This document shows, piece by piece, positions 39,227 through 50,276 of a stretch of DNA of 64,000 bases. Below the pieces are notes generated by a model, which saw nothing but the letters and a program-made list of their open reading frames with translations, was not told the origin of the DNA and made no database searches. This stretch comes from an uncultured delta proteobacterium (GTDB lineage Bacteria; Desulfobacterota; Binatia; UBA9968). Location: NCBI GenBank assembly GCA_963745835.1, contig CAVUZH010000003.1, positions 256,001 through 320,000 of the forward strand, read 5' to 3'. A program made the position numbers and the translations under genes. Positions within the stretch are counted from its first letter, which is position 1; each line of letters begins with the position of its first letter.

Positions 39227-40120
39227 TCAGAGTCTCGCGCATTTCTCGACGAACGCTTTGACGATTCCGTTGAATGTTTCCGGTTGTTCCCGGTAGCAGA
39301 AGTGGCCGGCCTCATTGATGATGTGCATTTCGGATTTGGGATTGCTGTCGGCGATGATTTCGAAGAGCGCATGGCCGCGTTTGAGCTCGGCGGTCGGATC
39401 GTTGTAGCCCCAGACTAACAGTGTTGGCTGCGTTAGCTTCCCATGCATAACCCAGTTGAGAGTCTCTTCTTTGTGCAGAGCCAGGTGGGTGAAGAACTGG
39501 TTTCTTTTAAGTCCCTCGTCCTCCATCTTTCTGACGGTTGCCTGGTATTTTTCCGATTTGGCGATGTCTTCACAAGTATCCAGCCAATTCTGCGTGATGT
39601 GATTTGGCCTGAACGAGTAATGCTCGATGCACCAGCGCTGGCTTGCGCGGCTGAGGCGCGGCTTGGGCGCGTTGGCCATAATGAATTCCGTCTTCGAGGG
39701 CCCGGGCGCAAGCGTGCCGCTGTCGACAATGATACAGGAGCGAACCAGTTCCGGATGATCCAGTGTCAGCCGCGTAACGACGTAGCCGCCGCGCGAGTGG
39801 CCGATGACGTGAACATTCTTCAGCCCGAGTGCCTGTAACAGACCCGCCGCGTGCTTGACCGTCGCCGCCATCGTGTAGTCGGCGTCGGATTTCGGATTGC
39901 CGGTATAGCCTTGGCCGAGCTTGTCCATGGCGATGACGCGAAACCCCTGGGCGAGAACGTCGAAATTAAACTCCCAGTCGATGGCGCTTTCGCATGCGTC
40001 GGGTGTTCCCATGTGGCTGCCGTGAACCAGTAGCAGCACTTCGCCGCTGCCCTTGTCGAAATAGCGCGTCCTGATTCCATCAACGTCAACAAACTTTGGG
40101 TCGGTCATCATTGAGTTCAT
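39227..40120 (-). CDS. Alpha/beta hydrolase (C-C hydrolase-like)
   Basis: LLVHG, GHSRGG nucleophile elbow, WG.ND and AGH...EQP. Confidence 0.88.
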   Translation of the reverse strand: MNSMMTDPKFVDVDGIRTRYFDKGSGEVLLLVHGSHMGTPDACESAIDWEFNFDVLAQGFRVIAMDKLGQGYTGNPKSDADYTMAATVKHAAGLLQALGLKNVHVIGHSRGGYVVTRLTLDHPELVRSCIIVDSGTLAPGPSKTEFIMANAPKPRLSRASQRWCIEHYSFRPNHITQNWLDTCEDIAKSEKYQATVRKMEDEGLKRNQFFTHLALHKEETLNWVMHGKLTQPTLLVWGYNDPTAELKRGHALFEIIADSNPKSEMHIINEAGHFCYREQPETFNGIVKAFVEKCARL

Positions 40121-40243
40121 CCTCGAAGGTTAGAAGCGTGTTCGTCTGAAACAAAGGCCGTGGACGTGGCGAGCGCATTAGCGGTATTTTCTACCGGTTC
40201 CCATCACGACCACGCCGTTCTCCAGACACGATCACGGTGATCA

Positions 40244-41263
40244 TCATCGTTTCAGCGACTCGGCGAGCTCACGTAAATATTCTTCCTGTTCCTTGGCCTG
40301 GTATAAAGACAGCGAGTCGTCTTTTAACGGTATGCCGCCAATAAAATGAAAAGCGTGGGCGTCCCAATCGTAAAACTCGTCGCCCCGTTCACAAATCTCT
40401 TTCCACTTAAGTCCCACCGGACTCCGGTGCAAGCCCGTGCGCGCCGGAAGCGCCTCTTGCTGCTCGATGGACAGATTCGCATTTGCTTTGTCCGTCTCTT
40501 CTTCCGGGAGTCCGTCCCACATGCGCCGGTAGTTGGGAAAGAATTCCTCTTGGCGCACAGTCAGCGCCGTGTGCATGTCCCACCATGGGCCGTGTCCGGC
40601 GACGCGCTCGTCCACCTTATCTACCAACTTGTAAATCAGCCGGGCGCCCGCACGTAAACGAAGCACCAGCGTTCCCTCGGCGGTTTTGGAATTCTGTTCA
40701 GCTTGTACGCCGCAAAATTTTTCAAAGAACGCTGCGGTTTTGGTCAGGTCGCGGCAACCATAGACAGCATGACTGATGCGGCCGACTTTTTCTTCGGTGG
40801 CGATTTCCATGGCGCCTTCGGGCATCTGCACGGGGGCCCAGAACTCATATTGATTGCCGTCCGGGTCGGCGAAGTAGATGGCCGTGCCTTCCTCCCCTTC
40901 GGCAGTTGTCTTCACCGGGTCGGTGTGCGGAATCTTGTAGCGATCGAGCCGGCGCAGGTGCATGGGGATATCTTCCGAACGGATGTAAAAGCCGCAACGC
41001 GGCAGCTCTTGGCCAAGTTCTTTTGCCGGCGGATAGATCTCGGGCTGAAGAAAGCCGCCGATGCGGCACGATCCGCCCTCCCACCAGAGGAAGCAGATTA
41101 CCTTCATATTCTTTTTCCGCGCCGCCGTGGTCAGCCCCCTGATCGGTCTTCGCGTCAGCCCGATGCCGTTCACCGCCCAGTCTGTCCAGGCGACCATATC
41201 GTTGGTGCCGACGACAAAATGGTCGATCCAGTGAGCCGCGCCTTTGGGTTCGACGTTGTTCAT
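40244..41263 (-). CDS. Two-domain VOC family protein
   Basis: IDHFV, YFADPDGNQYE, ISHAV and MHTAL; AAGGAG RBS. Confidence 0.75.
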   Translation of the reverse strand: MNNVEPKGAAHWIDHFVVGTNDMVAWTDWAVNGIGLTRRPIRGLTTAARKKNMKVICFLWWEGGSCRIGGFLQPEIYPPAKELGQELPRCGFYIRSEDIPMHLRRLDRYKIPHTDPVKTTAEGEEGTAIYFADPDGNQYEFWAPVQMPEGAMEIATEEKVGRISHAVYGCRDLTKTAAFFEKFCGVQAEQNSKTAEGTLVLRLRAGARLIYKLVDKVDERVAGHGPWWDMHTALTVRQEEFFPNYRRMWDGLPEEETDKANANLSIEQQEALPARTGLHRSPVGLKWKEICERGDEFYDWDAHAFHFIGGIPLKDDSLSLYQAKEQEEYLRELAESLKR

Positions 41264-41690
41264 CGTAAAGCTCCTTATCACTTTTTAGAAAGTTCCACTG
41301 ATTTCGAAATTCCATTCTTGAAGAGATGTTCAAGCCCCTCCTTCATCCCCCTCATCAGCGCGCGTGGAAGAGAGGCCAGAATCAAACAGCGCAACGTACA
41401 CAGATGTAGTCACGTATCGTCGGACCGCATGGGAAGGGTGTCAGGTGATTAAACAGCCCCCCTTCTGAGTTGCTGAGACAACACAAAGATAATCAACTCG
41501 TAGACCTGAGCCTGGAGGGTGCAGAATCCTCACCTCTAGGCAATATAATCTTTCCGGCAGTACTACAAGATGACGAATTCATCGTGCAATTACGACCGGG
41601 GAGAGCTAACGTCCGTAAACCTGACGAGCTTGTCTCTATGGTAGCGATAATAATACTACGCCGAACCTTCTGATTATTTGCGGCCCCCTA

Positions 41691-42846
41691 GTGTGGTGTC
41701 TCATTAATTCATTAAATAAATATCTAGCATCGGACGTCTATGAGATGAGGGGGAATAACAATGGGTACTGGACGTCCGATCCCTACTTTGATTCTCAATC
41801 AAGAGGAACGCGAAACGTTGGAACGCTGGGCACGACGACCCAAGACAGCACAAGCCTTGGCGCAACGAGCACGCATTATCCTGGGGTGTTCGAGCGGCAA
41901 AACCAACTCGCGTGTAGCTGAGCAGATGCACATTACCAAGCAATGCGTGGGAAAATGGCGCAGTCGGTTTTTGGCCAAGCGCCTCGATGGTTTGCTCGAT
42001 GAAGCGCGCCCTGGTGCTCCGCGTACAATTACCGATGCTAAGGTAGAGCATGTGCTTACGCTGACATTGGAATCCACTCCCCGGCAAGCCACGCACTGGA
42101 GTATTCGCTCGATGGCTAGCCGCAGTGGGTTGAGTCGTAGCGCCATTCACCGCATCTGGCGTGCCTTTGCTCTGCAACCTCATCGTAGTGAGACCTTTAA
42201 GCTGTCCACCGATCCTCTATTTATCGAGAAGGTCCGTGATATTGTCGGGCTCTATCTCAATCCCCCCGAGCGCGCTCTAGTCCTCTGTGTCGATGAGAAG
42301 AGTCAAATCCAAGCTCTAGATCGTACTCAACCTTTGCTACCGATGCGACCGGGCCAAGTCGCGCGGCGCACTCCAAGTTATCTCAGACACGGCACGACCT
42401 CATTATTCGCCGCTCTAGACACCAAAACCGGCAAAATCATTAGCCAACTGCATCGCAGGCACCGAGCGGTAGAGTTTCGTAAATTCCTTGACGCCATTGA
42501 TACCAACGTTCCCAGTACGCTTCAGGTTCATCTTATTCTGGACAACTATGGGACTCATAAAACCTCTCTGATTCATCGCTGGCTTGCCAAACGGCCCCGC
42601 TTTCATTTGCACTTCACTCCCACCAGTGCCTCGTGGCTCAATCTAGTGGAACGGTGGTTTGGTTTGCTCACCGAAAGGCAGATCAAACGAGCGGCTCATC
42701 GCAGCACGCTGGAATTGGAAAAGGCCATCAAACAGTATGTCGAATTCACTAACGACAATCCCAAGCCCTTTATATGGACCAAAACCGCTGATCAAATCCT
42801 CGCCAGTGTCGCTCGATTTTGTCAGCGAATTTCTGAGACAGGACAC
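41691..42846 (+). mobile_element. Complete IS630-family insertion sequence (1156 bp)
   Basis: Imperfect terminal inverted repeats GTGTGGTGTCTCATTAATTC / GAATTTCTGAGACAGGACAC, each flanked by TA (41689-41690 and 42847-42848). Confidence 0.93.
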
Positions 42847-42849
42847 TAG
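41761..42849 (+). CDS. IS630 family transposase
   Basis: HTH region, VLCVDEK, Y.RHGT, LDNY.TH and [10 protein letters not shown] (DDE triad). Confidence 0.96.
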   Translation: MGTGRPIPTLILNQEERETLERWARRPKTAQALAQRARIILGCSSGKTNSRVAEQMHITKQCVGKWRSRFLAKRLDGLLDEARPGAPRTITDAKVEHVLTLTLESTPRQATHWSIRSMASRSGLSRSAIHRIWRAFALQPHRSETFKLSTDPLFIEKVRDIVGLYLNPPERALVLCVDEKSQIQALDRTQPLLPMRPGQVARRTPSYLRHGTTSLFAALDTKTGKIISQLHRRHRAVEFRKFLDAIDTNVPSTLQVHLILDNYGTHKTSLIHRWLAKRPRFHLHFTPTSASWLNLVERWFGLLTERQIKRAAHRSTLELEKAIKQYVEFTNDNPKPFIWTKTADQILASVARFCQRISETGH

Positions 42850-43110
42850 CAGGTTTCTGAAAAACCCGTTACTTGGAACATTTTCCACGGTGCGAACTCC
42901 GGTGAAGGTGATCTGATGTAAATCGGATTTTGCAAGGTTTTGATTTGCGCAACGCAGCATAGGCAACAAAGCAAGCCGGGATTGATCTCTATCGAGGCAC
43001 GAATTCCAAGTGATCATCTCTTGCGGCGGGTTAAGAAGATAGCCCGATCAAGAGCTTGCAGGATTGTCGCGAGGGTGTTTGATCGGATGTATCCCTCTCG
43101 GGCGACGATC
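42848..43110 (+). pseudogene. Relic left end and transposase N-terminus of an IS5/IS1182-like element
   Basis: AGCAGGTTTCTGAAAAA end, then ISIEARIPSDHLLRRVK...FDRMY, resembling the DUF772-type transposase N-terminus; truncated. Confidence 0.65.
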
Positions 43111-43179
43111 GGTGTATATGTTTGACTGCATGCAACAAGGTAGGATATTCCATGGAAGCTCATCAACGGAGGCTAGGCA

Positions 43180-44232
43180 ATGAGTCCGAAGAAACTGTTG
43201 CGACTGTCAGTGGTCGCAATACTATTTTTGATCACCCCGGCAGCTGCGGCGACCATCTCAGAAATCGCGCAGTATAAGGGAGCGGATAGGCAGGAAAAGC
43301 TGGAACGAGGCGCGCGAGAAGAAAAAGAGTTAAATTTTTATACTTCGATCAACACGAATACCTCAATGCCGATACTTCAGGCCTTTGAGAAACGATACCC
43401 TTTCATCAAAACTAAACTGACGAGGATGGATTCTGAAAGGGTCGTCAATCGTTTTACAACAGAGTACGCAGCCAAGCGAGCGGTCGCTGACGTTATTGAC
43501 GTCGGCAATTTTGAGCTCGAGTACTTGCGTCGAAAGGGAATGCTGCAGGGCTTTTATACACCTGTTGCAGCTAATTTCGATAAGCGTTTGGTACAACCGG
43601 ACGGCTTCTGGGTTGCCACTCGATATTCCTTTATTGTTCTCGGGTACAACACTAATCTGGTGAAAGCCCAAGTCGCCCCCAAAACATACGACGATCTGCT
43701 TGATCCTGTTTGGAATGAGAAGATAACCATCGAACGGAACTATGTCGATTGGTTTATGACCTTAATGAAACATTGGGGCCCAGAGAAGGGAGGAAACTTT
43801 TTTCGACGATTGGGTAAGAATGGGATTAAGCTACGTGAAGGACAAACTTTGATTGGTCAAGTTCTTGGTTCCGGGGATGATACGCTTGCAACTACTTCGA
43901 ACAATACCCTTGAGCCATTGCAACGCAAAGGCGCTCCCGTCGACTGGGTTAATCTTGAACCAGTTGTTGGTAAAACACCTTCTTCCGGTTTATCAAGAAA
44001 CGCGCCGAATCCGCACACGGCCATGCTCTTTCTCGATTTCATTCTGAGTAAAGACGGAGGGCAAAAAGTTATTCAGGCACTGAACAATACACCGACACAT
44101 CCGGAAGTGCCCCCTGATCCGCCGCGGCTTAGAGACGGCTTTCGTTCAATCATAGTGGATCCGGTCAAGTACATTGACGAGGTCGACACTTATCAAAAGC
44201 TTTGGATGGATTGGGTAGTCAACGCGCGATAA
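43180..44232 (+). CDS. ABC extracellular solute-binding protein (AfuA-like cluster)
   Basis: Signal peptide, GAREEKEL.FYTS, GYNTNLV and APNPHTAMLF.DF; paralog of 28716-29768. Confidence 0.88.
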   Translation: MSPKKLLRLSVVAILFLITPAAAATISEIAQYKGADRQEKLERGAREEKELNFYTSINTNTSMPILQAFEKRYPFIKTKLTRMDSERVVNRFTTEYAAKRAVADVIDVGNFELEYLRRKGMLQGFYTPVAANFDKRLVQPDGFWVATRYSFIVLGYNTNLVKAQVAPKTYDDLLDPVWNEKITIERNYVDWFMTLMKHWGPEKGGNFFRRLGKNGIKLREGQTLIGQVLGSGDDTLATTSNNTLEPLQRKGAPVDWVNLEPVVGKTPSSGLSRNAPNPHTAMLFLDFILSKDGGQKVIQALNNTPTHPEVPPDPPRLRDGFRSIIVDPVKYIDEVDTYQKLWMDWVVNAR

Positions 44233-44247
44233 AGGAGGGATCCGGGC

Positions 44248-45213
44248 ATGAGTGTTCTAGTTTTTGGAGGGGCCGGTTTCTTAGGTTCCTATCTCGTTCG
44301 GAAATTAATGGACGAAGGGTACGAGGCGATAGCGTTAGATGTGGCTATGCCTGACCCGCCGATGCCGCCGCTGCGTGATGTTAAAGAGAAACTAAAATTC
44401 GAATATTGCCGAGGGGAATATTATACGGAAGTATTCAACGCAGTGAGGAAATATAAGGCAGATTTTCTAGTCAACCTTATCACTTCGTACTCACCTGAAG
44501 ATTTAGAACTAAATCCTTTGAGAGCTATTAGGGTTAATCTAGAGACCCAGGTCAATGTCCTGGAAGCTGCGAGAACGTTCGGTGTCAAACGGGTTGTTTT
44601 TATTAGTACCGGTCATGTCTATGGTGGCGGACGGAAGGACGTAGTCGACGAAGAAAGCTTGTTACGTCCCGACACGTTGTACGGAGCCTGTAAGACTATG
44701 AACGAGTATTTAGCGCAGCATTATCACGAGCTTTATGGAATCGACTACATCGCATTGCGCATTAGTCTGCTCTACGGATGGGGACGCCGACAACGAAATA
44801 CCAACAAAGACACTTGGATCGTTGACCTGTTCGAAAATGCCGTCAGCGGTCGCCCCACCCGGATACCGTATGCATCGCAAAAAGGTTCGGTGGTTTACGT
44901 GAAGGACGTGGTTTCCGCTGTGCTTGCCTCATTAAGAGCCGAGAATCTCAAACATCGAATTTTCGATGTCGTAAGCGAACCGCGCAGTAAAGTTAACGCA
45001 ATAGACATTGTTAAAAAATTGATTCCAAACACCGTGGTCGAAGTAGATTTGGACGGTGCTTTCGGAATAAAACGAAAAAAAGAGGATCGGACAGCGAGAG
45101 CTTGGGAAGACAAAAGGATTACACGAGAGATAGGATTCAAACCAGGGTATTCATTTGAGGACGGAATCAAAGACTACATTGAAATGTTCAAGGCGGACAA
45201 ATATTGGTGGTAA
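44248..45213 (+). CDS. NAD-dependent epimerase/dehydratase
   Basis: GGAGFLG, ST..VYG and YGACK (YxxxK). Confidence 0.9.
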   Translation: MSVLVFGGAGFLGSYLVRKLMDEGYEAIALDVAMPDPPMPPLRDVKEKLKFEYCRGEYYTEVFNAVRKYKADFLVNLITSYSPEDLELNPLRAIRVNLETQVNVLEAARTFGVKRVVFISTGHVYGGGRKDVVDEESLLRPDTLYGACKTMNEYLAQHYHELYGIDYIALRISLLYGWGRRQRNTNKDTWIVDLFENAVSGRPTRIPYASQKGSVVYVKDVVSAVLASLRAENLKHRIFDVVSEPRSKVNAIDIVKKLIPNTVVEVDLDGAFGIKRKKEDRTARAWEDKRITREIGFKPGYSFEDGIKDYIEMFKADKYWW

Positions 45214-45230
45214 CCACAAGGAGGTTTTGA

Positions 45231-45617
45231 ATGTCTAAAATCCGACATATTGCTTATCGAGCGAATGACGTTGAGGGAATGGCCAATTTTTTCACAAACG
45301 GGCTTTCAATGACAATCGTGCAGAGGCGAAAGAACGGCGCTATAGATCTTTCCGACGGCACAATCAACATAACACTTCTGCCTTTATCCGGACGGCGAAC
45401 CGATGGTGGCCCCCAAAGGCAAGGAATAGATCATATCGGTTTTATGGTGGAGAACGAGGAAGAAACTGCTCGCAGGCTAGAAGCGGCGGGGGCCGAAAAG
45501 CTCGATCCCGCGGGTTACAGTCAAACAGCAAACTATGAGACCAAGTTTCGTGGTCCGGAGGGTATTGGAATAGATCTCGGCCATTGGATTGGCGCAGCTC
45601 AATTGGATAAGGATTGA
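45231..45617 (+). CDS. VOC/glyoxalase family protein
   Basis: Aligns end to end with 26417-26803. Confidence 0.88.
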   Translation: MSKIRHIAYRANDVEGMANFFTNGLSMTIVQRRKNGAIDLSDGTINITLLPLSGRRTDGGPQRQGIDHIGFMVENEEETARRLEAAGAEKLDPAGYSQTANYETKFRGPEGIGIDLGHWIGAAQLDKD

Positions 45618-45649
45618 CGGTTTCCAATACAAATCCTCGAGGTATTAAT

Positions 45650-46753
45650 ATGGCACCTGCACAGTCGCTCACCGCTGTTGTTACCGACATACGCAAGATT
45701 GAAATGCGTCAATTCGAAGTTCCAGAACCTACACGGAACGATGCGGTGTTGAAGGTCGAGCTTTGTGGCATTTGCGGCAGTGATTATGACTATTACGTCC
45801 ACGGAGAACACTGGCCGTACCGAAAACCTCCACAGATTCTCGGGCATGAAGTTGTTGGAAGGATAAGTGCGATAGGTAGTGAGGCTTCAAAGAGCTGGAG
45901 CGTTAAGGAAGGGGATCTGGTTGCAGTCGAGGCGTCAATCTCGTGCCAGCGTTGCCGATATTGCACAACCGGCAACTCAGCTTTGTGCGGCAATAAGCGC
46001 AGTTATGGAATGAGTACAAATATGGACGAACCTCCCTATCTATGGGGTGGCTATTCACAATTCATGTATCTTCATCCTCGCGCCAACTTGCATCTCGTAC
46101 CGGCCGGCGTATCACCTCACGTCGCCGTACTATTTACCTCTCTCGCGAACGGAGTGAAATGGGCGCAAAGGGCTCCTGGTCTTCGGATGGGCGAGTCAAT
46201 TGTTATCTTAGGTCCCGGCCAGCAGGGATTGGCAGGAGTCCTCGCAGCTCATACCACAGGAGCCAGTCCGATCGTCGTCGTGGGGCTGAGAAAAGACGCC
46301 AAGCGCTTGGAGATCGCAAAACTATTCGGCGCTACTCATACCATCTGCTTTGAAGACGGCCCGCTTGACGAACAGGTAAAGAAAATTTTGGGGCCTGAGA
46401 TGGCCGACGTTGTAGTCGACGCCAGCGGTAGTGTTGCCGCGCAAGAGATAGCCGTGGATCTGGTCAGGCGAGGGGGGAAAGTAGTGTTAGGCGGTCGAAC
46501 CCCTAACAAAGTCATTCCATTCGTCCTGGATAAGCTCTCAAGCAGAGGTATCACAATGATCGGAGTTCGTGCCCATGAGCCTCAGGATGTAGGGACAGCG
46601 CTCGCCCTTATTTCTGCGCGCGGTGACGTTCTCGAGAAAAGCGGCGGAGTCGAGGTGGCACTAAACAAAGCCGATCTGGCCCTGCGACTCATCGGCCAGG
46701 AGGTGCCCGGCCAAGAAACTCTTCATGTCGCTCTGAACCCCTGGAGTGATTAG
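45650..46753 (+). CDS. Zinc-binding alcohol dehydrogenase family protein
   Basis: CGICGSD, GHE, CxxCxxC-x7-C and GPGQQG. Confidence 0.92.
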   Translation: MAPAQSLTAVVTDIRKIEMRQFEVPEPTRNDAVLKVELCGICGSDYDYYVHGEHWPYRKPPQILGHEVVGRISAIGSEASKSWSVKEGDLVAVEASISCQRCRYCTTGNSALCGNKRSYGMSTNMDEPPYLWGGYSQFMYLHPRANLHLVPAGVSPHVAVLFTSLANGVKWAQRAPGLRMGESIVILGPGQQGLAGVLAAHTTGASPIVVVGLRKDAKRLEIAKLFGATHTICFEDGPLDEQVKKILGPEMADVVVDASGSVAAQEIAVDLVRRGGKVVLGGRTPNKVIPFVLDKLSSRGITMIGVRAHEPQDVGTALALISARGDVLEKSGGVEVALNKADLALRLIGQEVPGQETLHVALNPWSD

Positions 46754-46761
46754 ATCGATTT

Positions 46762-47793
46762 ATGCGAATGCCACCATTGATTCCCGTTAAATTTATTGGC
46801 TCAAAGCAGAGGCTATCCTGGATGCGGAAGCTCGCCGCGGTGAGCCTATCTTTTTACCTCGGAACGTTTTCGACAGCGCATGCCGCGGAGAAATTGCGAA
46901 TCGGCTACGCCTCGCCTTCGGTTAACGTTTCAATGTTATGGATTACTCAAGAGGCAAAACTCTTTGCAAAGAACGGGTTGGAAGTTGAAGTTTTGTTTCT
47001 TGAGAGTGCTCTCGTGCAACGATCGATGATCAGCAGCGAAATTCAACTTGCCATGATGACAGGCGGGTTGATGGCGGCTCCGAAACTTGCAGGCGCTGAT
47101 TTGTCGATGATCGCCGGCTTCGTTAACCGCTACGTCTCGAGAGTGATGGTCCGACCAGAGATCGCAAAACCGGCAGACCTCAAGGGGAAGCGGGCTGGAA
47201 TCGTCCGACTCGGCGCGGCGGCGGATCGGGGTTTGCGTCTGGTGTTATCTAGGTGGGGATATCAACCCGGATAAAGATCTCACTACCAATCACGTACTCG
47301 GCGGAACCGTACGTAACGCGGCCCTTTCAGCCAATTCGATCGAAGTGAGCCTGATTAATCCTCCGTTTCATAAGAAGGGGATTGAAGCAGGACTGAGAGT
47401 TTTGGCGAACATGGAAGACATGGACATTCCGATTCAACATATTGGTTTAGTGACTACCCAGCGATTGATAAGCAAGAGCCCGGATGTTGTTCGGCGGACG
47501 GTGAAGTCCTATGTCGAGGGAATTCAGGTAATGAGAACCAACCCCAAGCTCGCCAAGGCGGCGCTAAGCAAGTACATGCGAATAACCGATGAAGGCGAAT
47601 TGGAAGAGACGTATCAGCTATTGAAAAAGCTCGTGCCTGTATAGGCCGTATCGATGAAGAATTTCGAGTGGTGTTAGACGAGCTGAGTGAAAAAATCCCG
47701 ACCGCAAAAACAGCGAATCCAAAAGATTTTACAGACACTAGATTTCTGGATGAGTTGGATCGATCCGGGTACTTCGATCAAGTGTCCAAATAG
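46762..47793 (+). pseudogene. Degraded NMT1/SsuA-type binding-protein gene (tandem paralog of the next gene)
   Basis: Aligns with 47824-48831 over its full length but has lesions near 47255-47320 and 47640-47655. Confidence 0.75.
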
Positions 47794-47823
47794 TCCTCAG
47801 CAGTGCTTCTGAACCAACTAAGC

Positions 47824-48831
47824 ATGTCATACGAGAACTGCATCAAGAAAATTATGACGTTGATGGCAATATTGTTAGTGTCCTTAATCGTAAAGATTTC
47901 AACGGTCGACGCGGCGGATAAGGTGAAGTTTGCCTATGCTGCACCATCGATCAACGTTTCCATGCTCTGGATCACCAAGGAAGCGAAGCTCTTTGATAAA
48001 AATGGCGTAGACGCAGAAATACTGTTCCTCGACCCCTCATTGGTGCAGAAGGCAATGATAACCGGTGAGATACAACTTGCGATGATGACAGGTGGATTAA
48101 TGGCTCCGCCTAAGCTAGCAGGCATGGATCTGGTTATGCTCGCCGGCTTCGTTAATAAGTATGTCTTTAGATTAGTTGTTCGTCCAGAAATCAATTCAGC
48201 CAATGATTTGAAGGGAAAGCGCGCTGGAATTTCCCCAATAGGTTCCGCGGCCGATCGAGGGCTTCGACTGCTTTTGACAAAGTGGGGACTGAATCCAGAG
48301 AAGGACATGGTTTTTTTTCAAATGTCCGGAGGCGGTGAGCCTGCACGAATTGCGAGTTTAATCGCGAATTCGATCGACGTGACGCTCATTAACCCGCCAT
48401 CAGATAAGAAGGCAGTGGAAGAAGGAATGAAGGTGCTAGCTAATATGGAAGATATGGACATCCATCTCCAACATATTGGCCTGGTGACCTCTCAGCGGTG
48501 GCAGACAAAGAATGTCGATGCAACTCGCCGAATTGTAAAGTCGTTTGTGGAAGGTATTTATGTTATGCGTACAAATCCGAAGCTCGCAAAAATGGCACTC
48601 GGTAAGTATATGAAGATCACGAATGATGGAGAGTTGGAAGAGATGTATCAGCTGCTGCGTAAACTCATTGCTGTAAAACCTTATCCAACGAACGAAGGAT
48701 TCAGAGCTGTCTTGGACGAGCTCAGCGAAAAAATTCCTCAAGCAAGGGCCGCGAATCCCAAAGATTTTACAGACATCAGATTTTTAGAAGAATTAGACAA
48801 GTCTGGCTACATCGATCAACTTTATAGATGA
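47824..48831 (+). CDS. ABC-type substrate-binding protein, NMT1/SsuA-like
   Basis: Signal peptide, DLKGKRAG, KPYP and ELDKSGYID.LY. The start may be 47854. Confidence 0.88.
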   Translation: MSYENCIKKIMTLMAILLVSLIVKISTVDAADKVKFAYAAPSINVSMLWITKEAKLFDKNGVDAEILFLDPSLVQKAMITGEIQLAMMTGGLMAPPKLAGMDLVMLAGFVNKYVFRLVVRPEINSANDLKGKRAGISPIGSAADRGLRLLLTKWGLNPEKDMVFFQMSGGGEPARIASLIANSIDVTLINPPSDKKAVEEGMKVLANMEDMDIHLQHIGLVTSQRWQTKNVDATRRIVKSFVEGIYVMRTNPKLAKMALGKYMKITNDGELEEMYQLLRKLIAVKPYPTNEGFRAVLDELSEKIPQARAANPKDFTDIRFLEELDKSGYIDQLYR

Positions 48832-49177
48832 AATCGCCGACGATCGATCTTTACTCCTGTTGTTTGCCGGTCGTTAGCAGTCTGTCTGATTTACTCCTTA
48901 CGCAACGGGCTTACCAAGGCCGCTGCCTGCGATCCCTTAATATCAAAGCATCGATGAAGTTGTTGGGGTTGAAGCCTCTGCTTGTCGGACTCGTATTCGG
49001 AATCGGGCCCAGTAATTACCGACACTTCGCGCCTTTTTTGAGAAAACTCTGTTCTTATAGTTCAAAATCGGTGGGAATAGACGCTCGGAATAGAATAGGA
49101 TCGGTGACGCCAATGCGAACCAGAGTTAAAGCCCAGAGTGATTTAGAAACGTAGATTCAACTCCGCAGGAATTCAGC

Positions 49178-50186
49178 GTGCAGAAACCATCATTCAACTC
49201 CTGGTACCTAGCGCTTAGCTCTGCCTTCTTCTTGTCTGTATTCGCCGGCCACAGCGGCGCGCAGATCAAATCCGAAAAGCTTCACGTAGGCTATAGCGCC
49301 CAGGCAGGTTCTCTGGCGCCAATATGGATTACCAAGGAAGCGGGCATTTTTAAAAAGCATGGTCTGGATGTTGAACTGCTCTTCATCCCCGGTGGCCCTA
49401 CCGCTGCAGCGGCGCTGATGTCGGGCGAGGTGCCGATTACAGTCGTCGGCGGGCCGGCAGTGGTTAGCAGTAATCTCGCTGGATCCGATCTGGTCATGAT
49501 CGCCGGCATCGTGAACACCTTCGCTTTTCAGATCATTTCCGTCAAAACGATTACCTCGTATCAGCAGCTAAAAGGTAAGCGCCTTGGCGTGAACCGCTTT
49601 GGCGCTTCGCCGGACGTCGCTGCGCGCTTTGCTTTGAAGCACATGGGCATCGATTTGAGGGACATAACCATCCTGCAGTTGGGCGAGCAATCGACCAGGC
49701 TCACGGCGATGATGGCTGGACAACTGGAAGCGGCGGTCTTTTTGCCGCCGATCACGACCATGGCGCAGAAGCAGGGCATGAACGTGCTCCTGGATCTGGC
49801 GGAATTAGGAGCGGAGTTCCAGATTACCGGATTGGGCAGCAGCCAGAGATTTCTAACGCAACAAAGGCCCACGGCTATCAAATTTATGCGGGCTTTCGTG
49901 GAGGGAATTCATTACTTCAAGACGCACAAGCCCGAAAGCATGAAAACGATTGCCAAGTACATGAAGGTCAGTGACATGGAAGCAGTCAGCGCAACCTACG
50001 ATTATTTCGCTCCCAAGAGTTGTGCCGCAGAAACCTTACCCATCTCTCAAAGGAATCAAAGCACTTATCGATCTCGCTGCCGTGGAGAAACCTGAGCTGA
50101 GGAATGTTTCTCCCGACCGTTTTGTGAACACAACGATTTTAAAAGAAGTGGACGACAGCGGATTCATCGATCGTTTGTATCGGTAA
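49178..50186 (+). CDS. ABC-type substrate-binding protein, NMT1/SsuA-like (frameshift near 50017)
   Basis: GIFKKHGLDVEL and LKGKRLG. The C-terminal VVPQKPYPS...DDSGFIDRLYR lies in the +1 frame. Confidence 0.85.
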
Positions 50187-50276
50187 TCCCTCGGGATTTC
50201 ACCGCAAGTTCCCTCTAAACGTCGAAACTACCGGATTTGACGTATCTAATAGAATACAACCTGAACTGGAGGAGAG

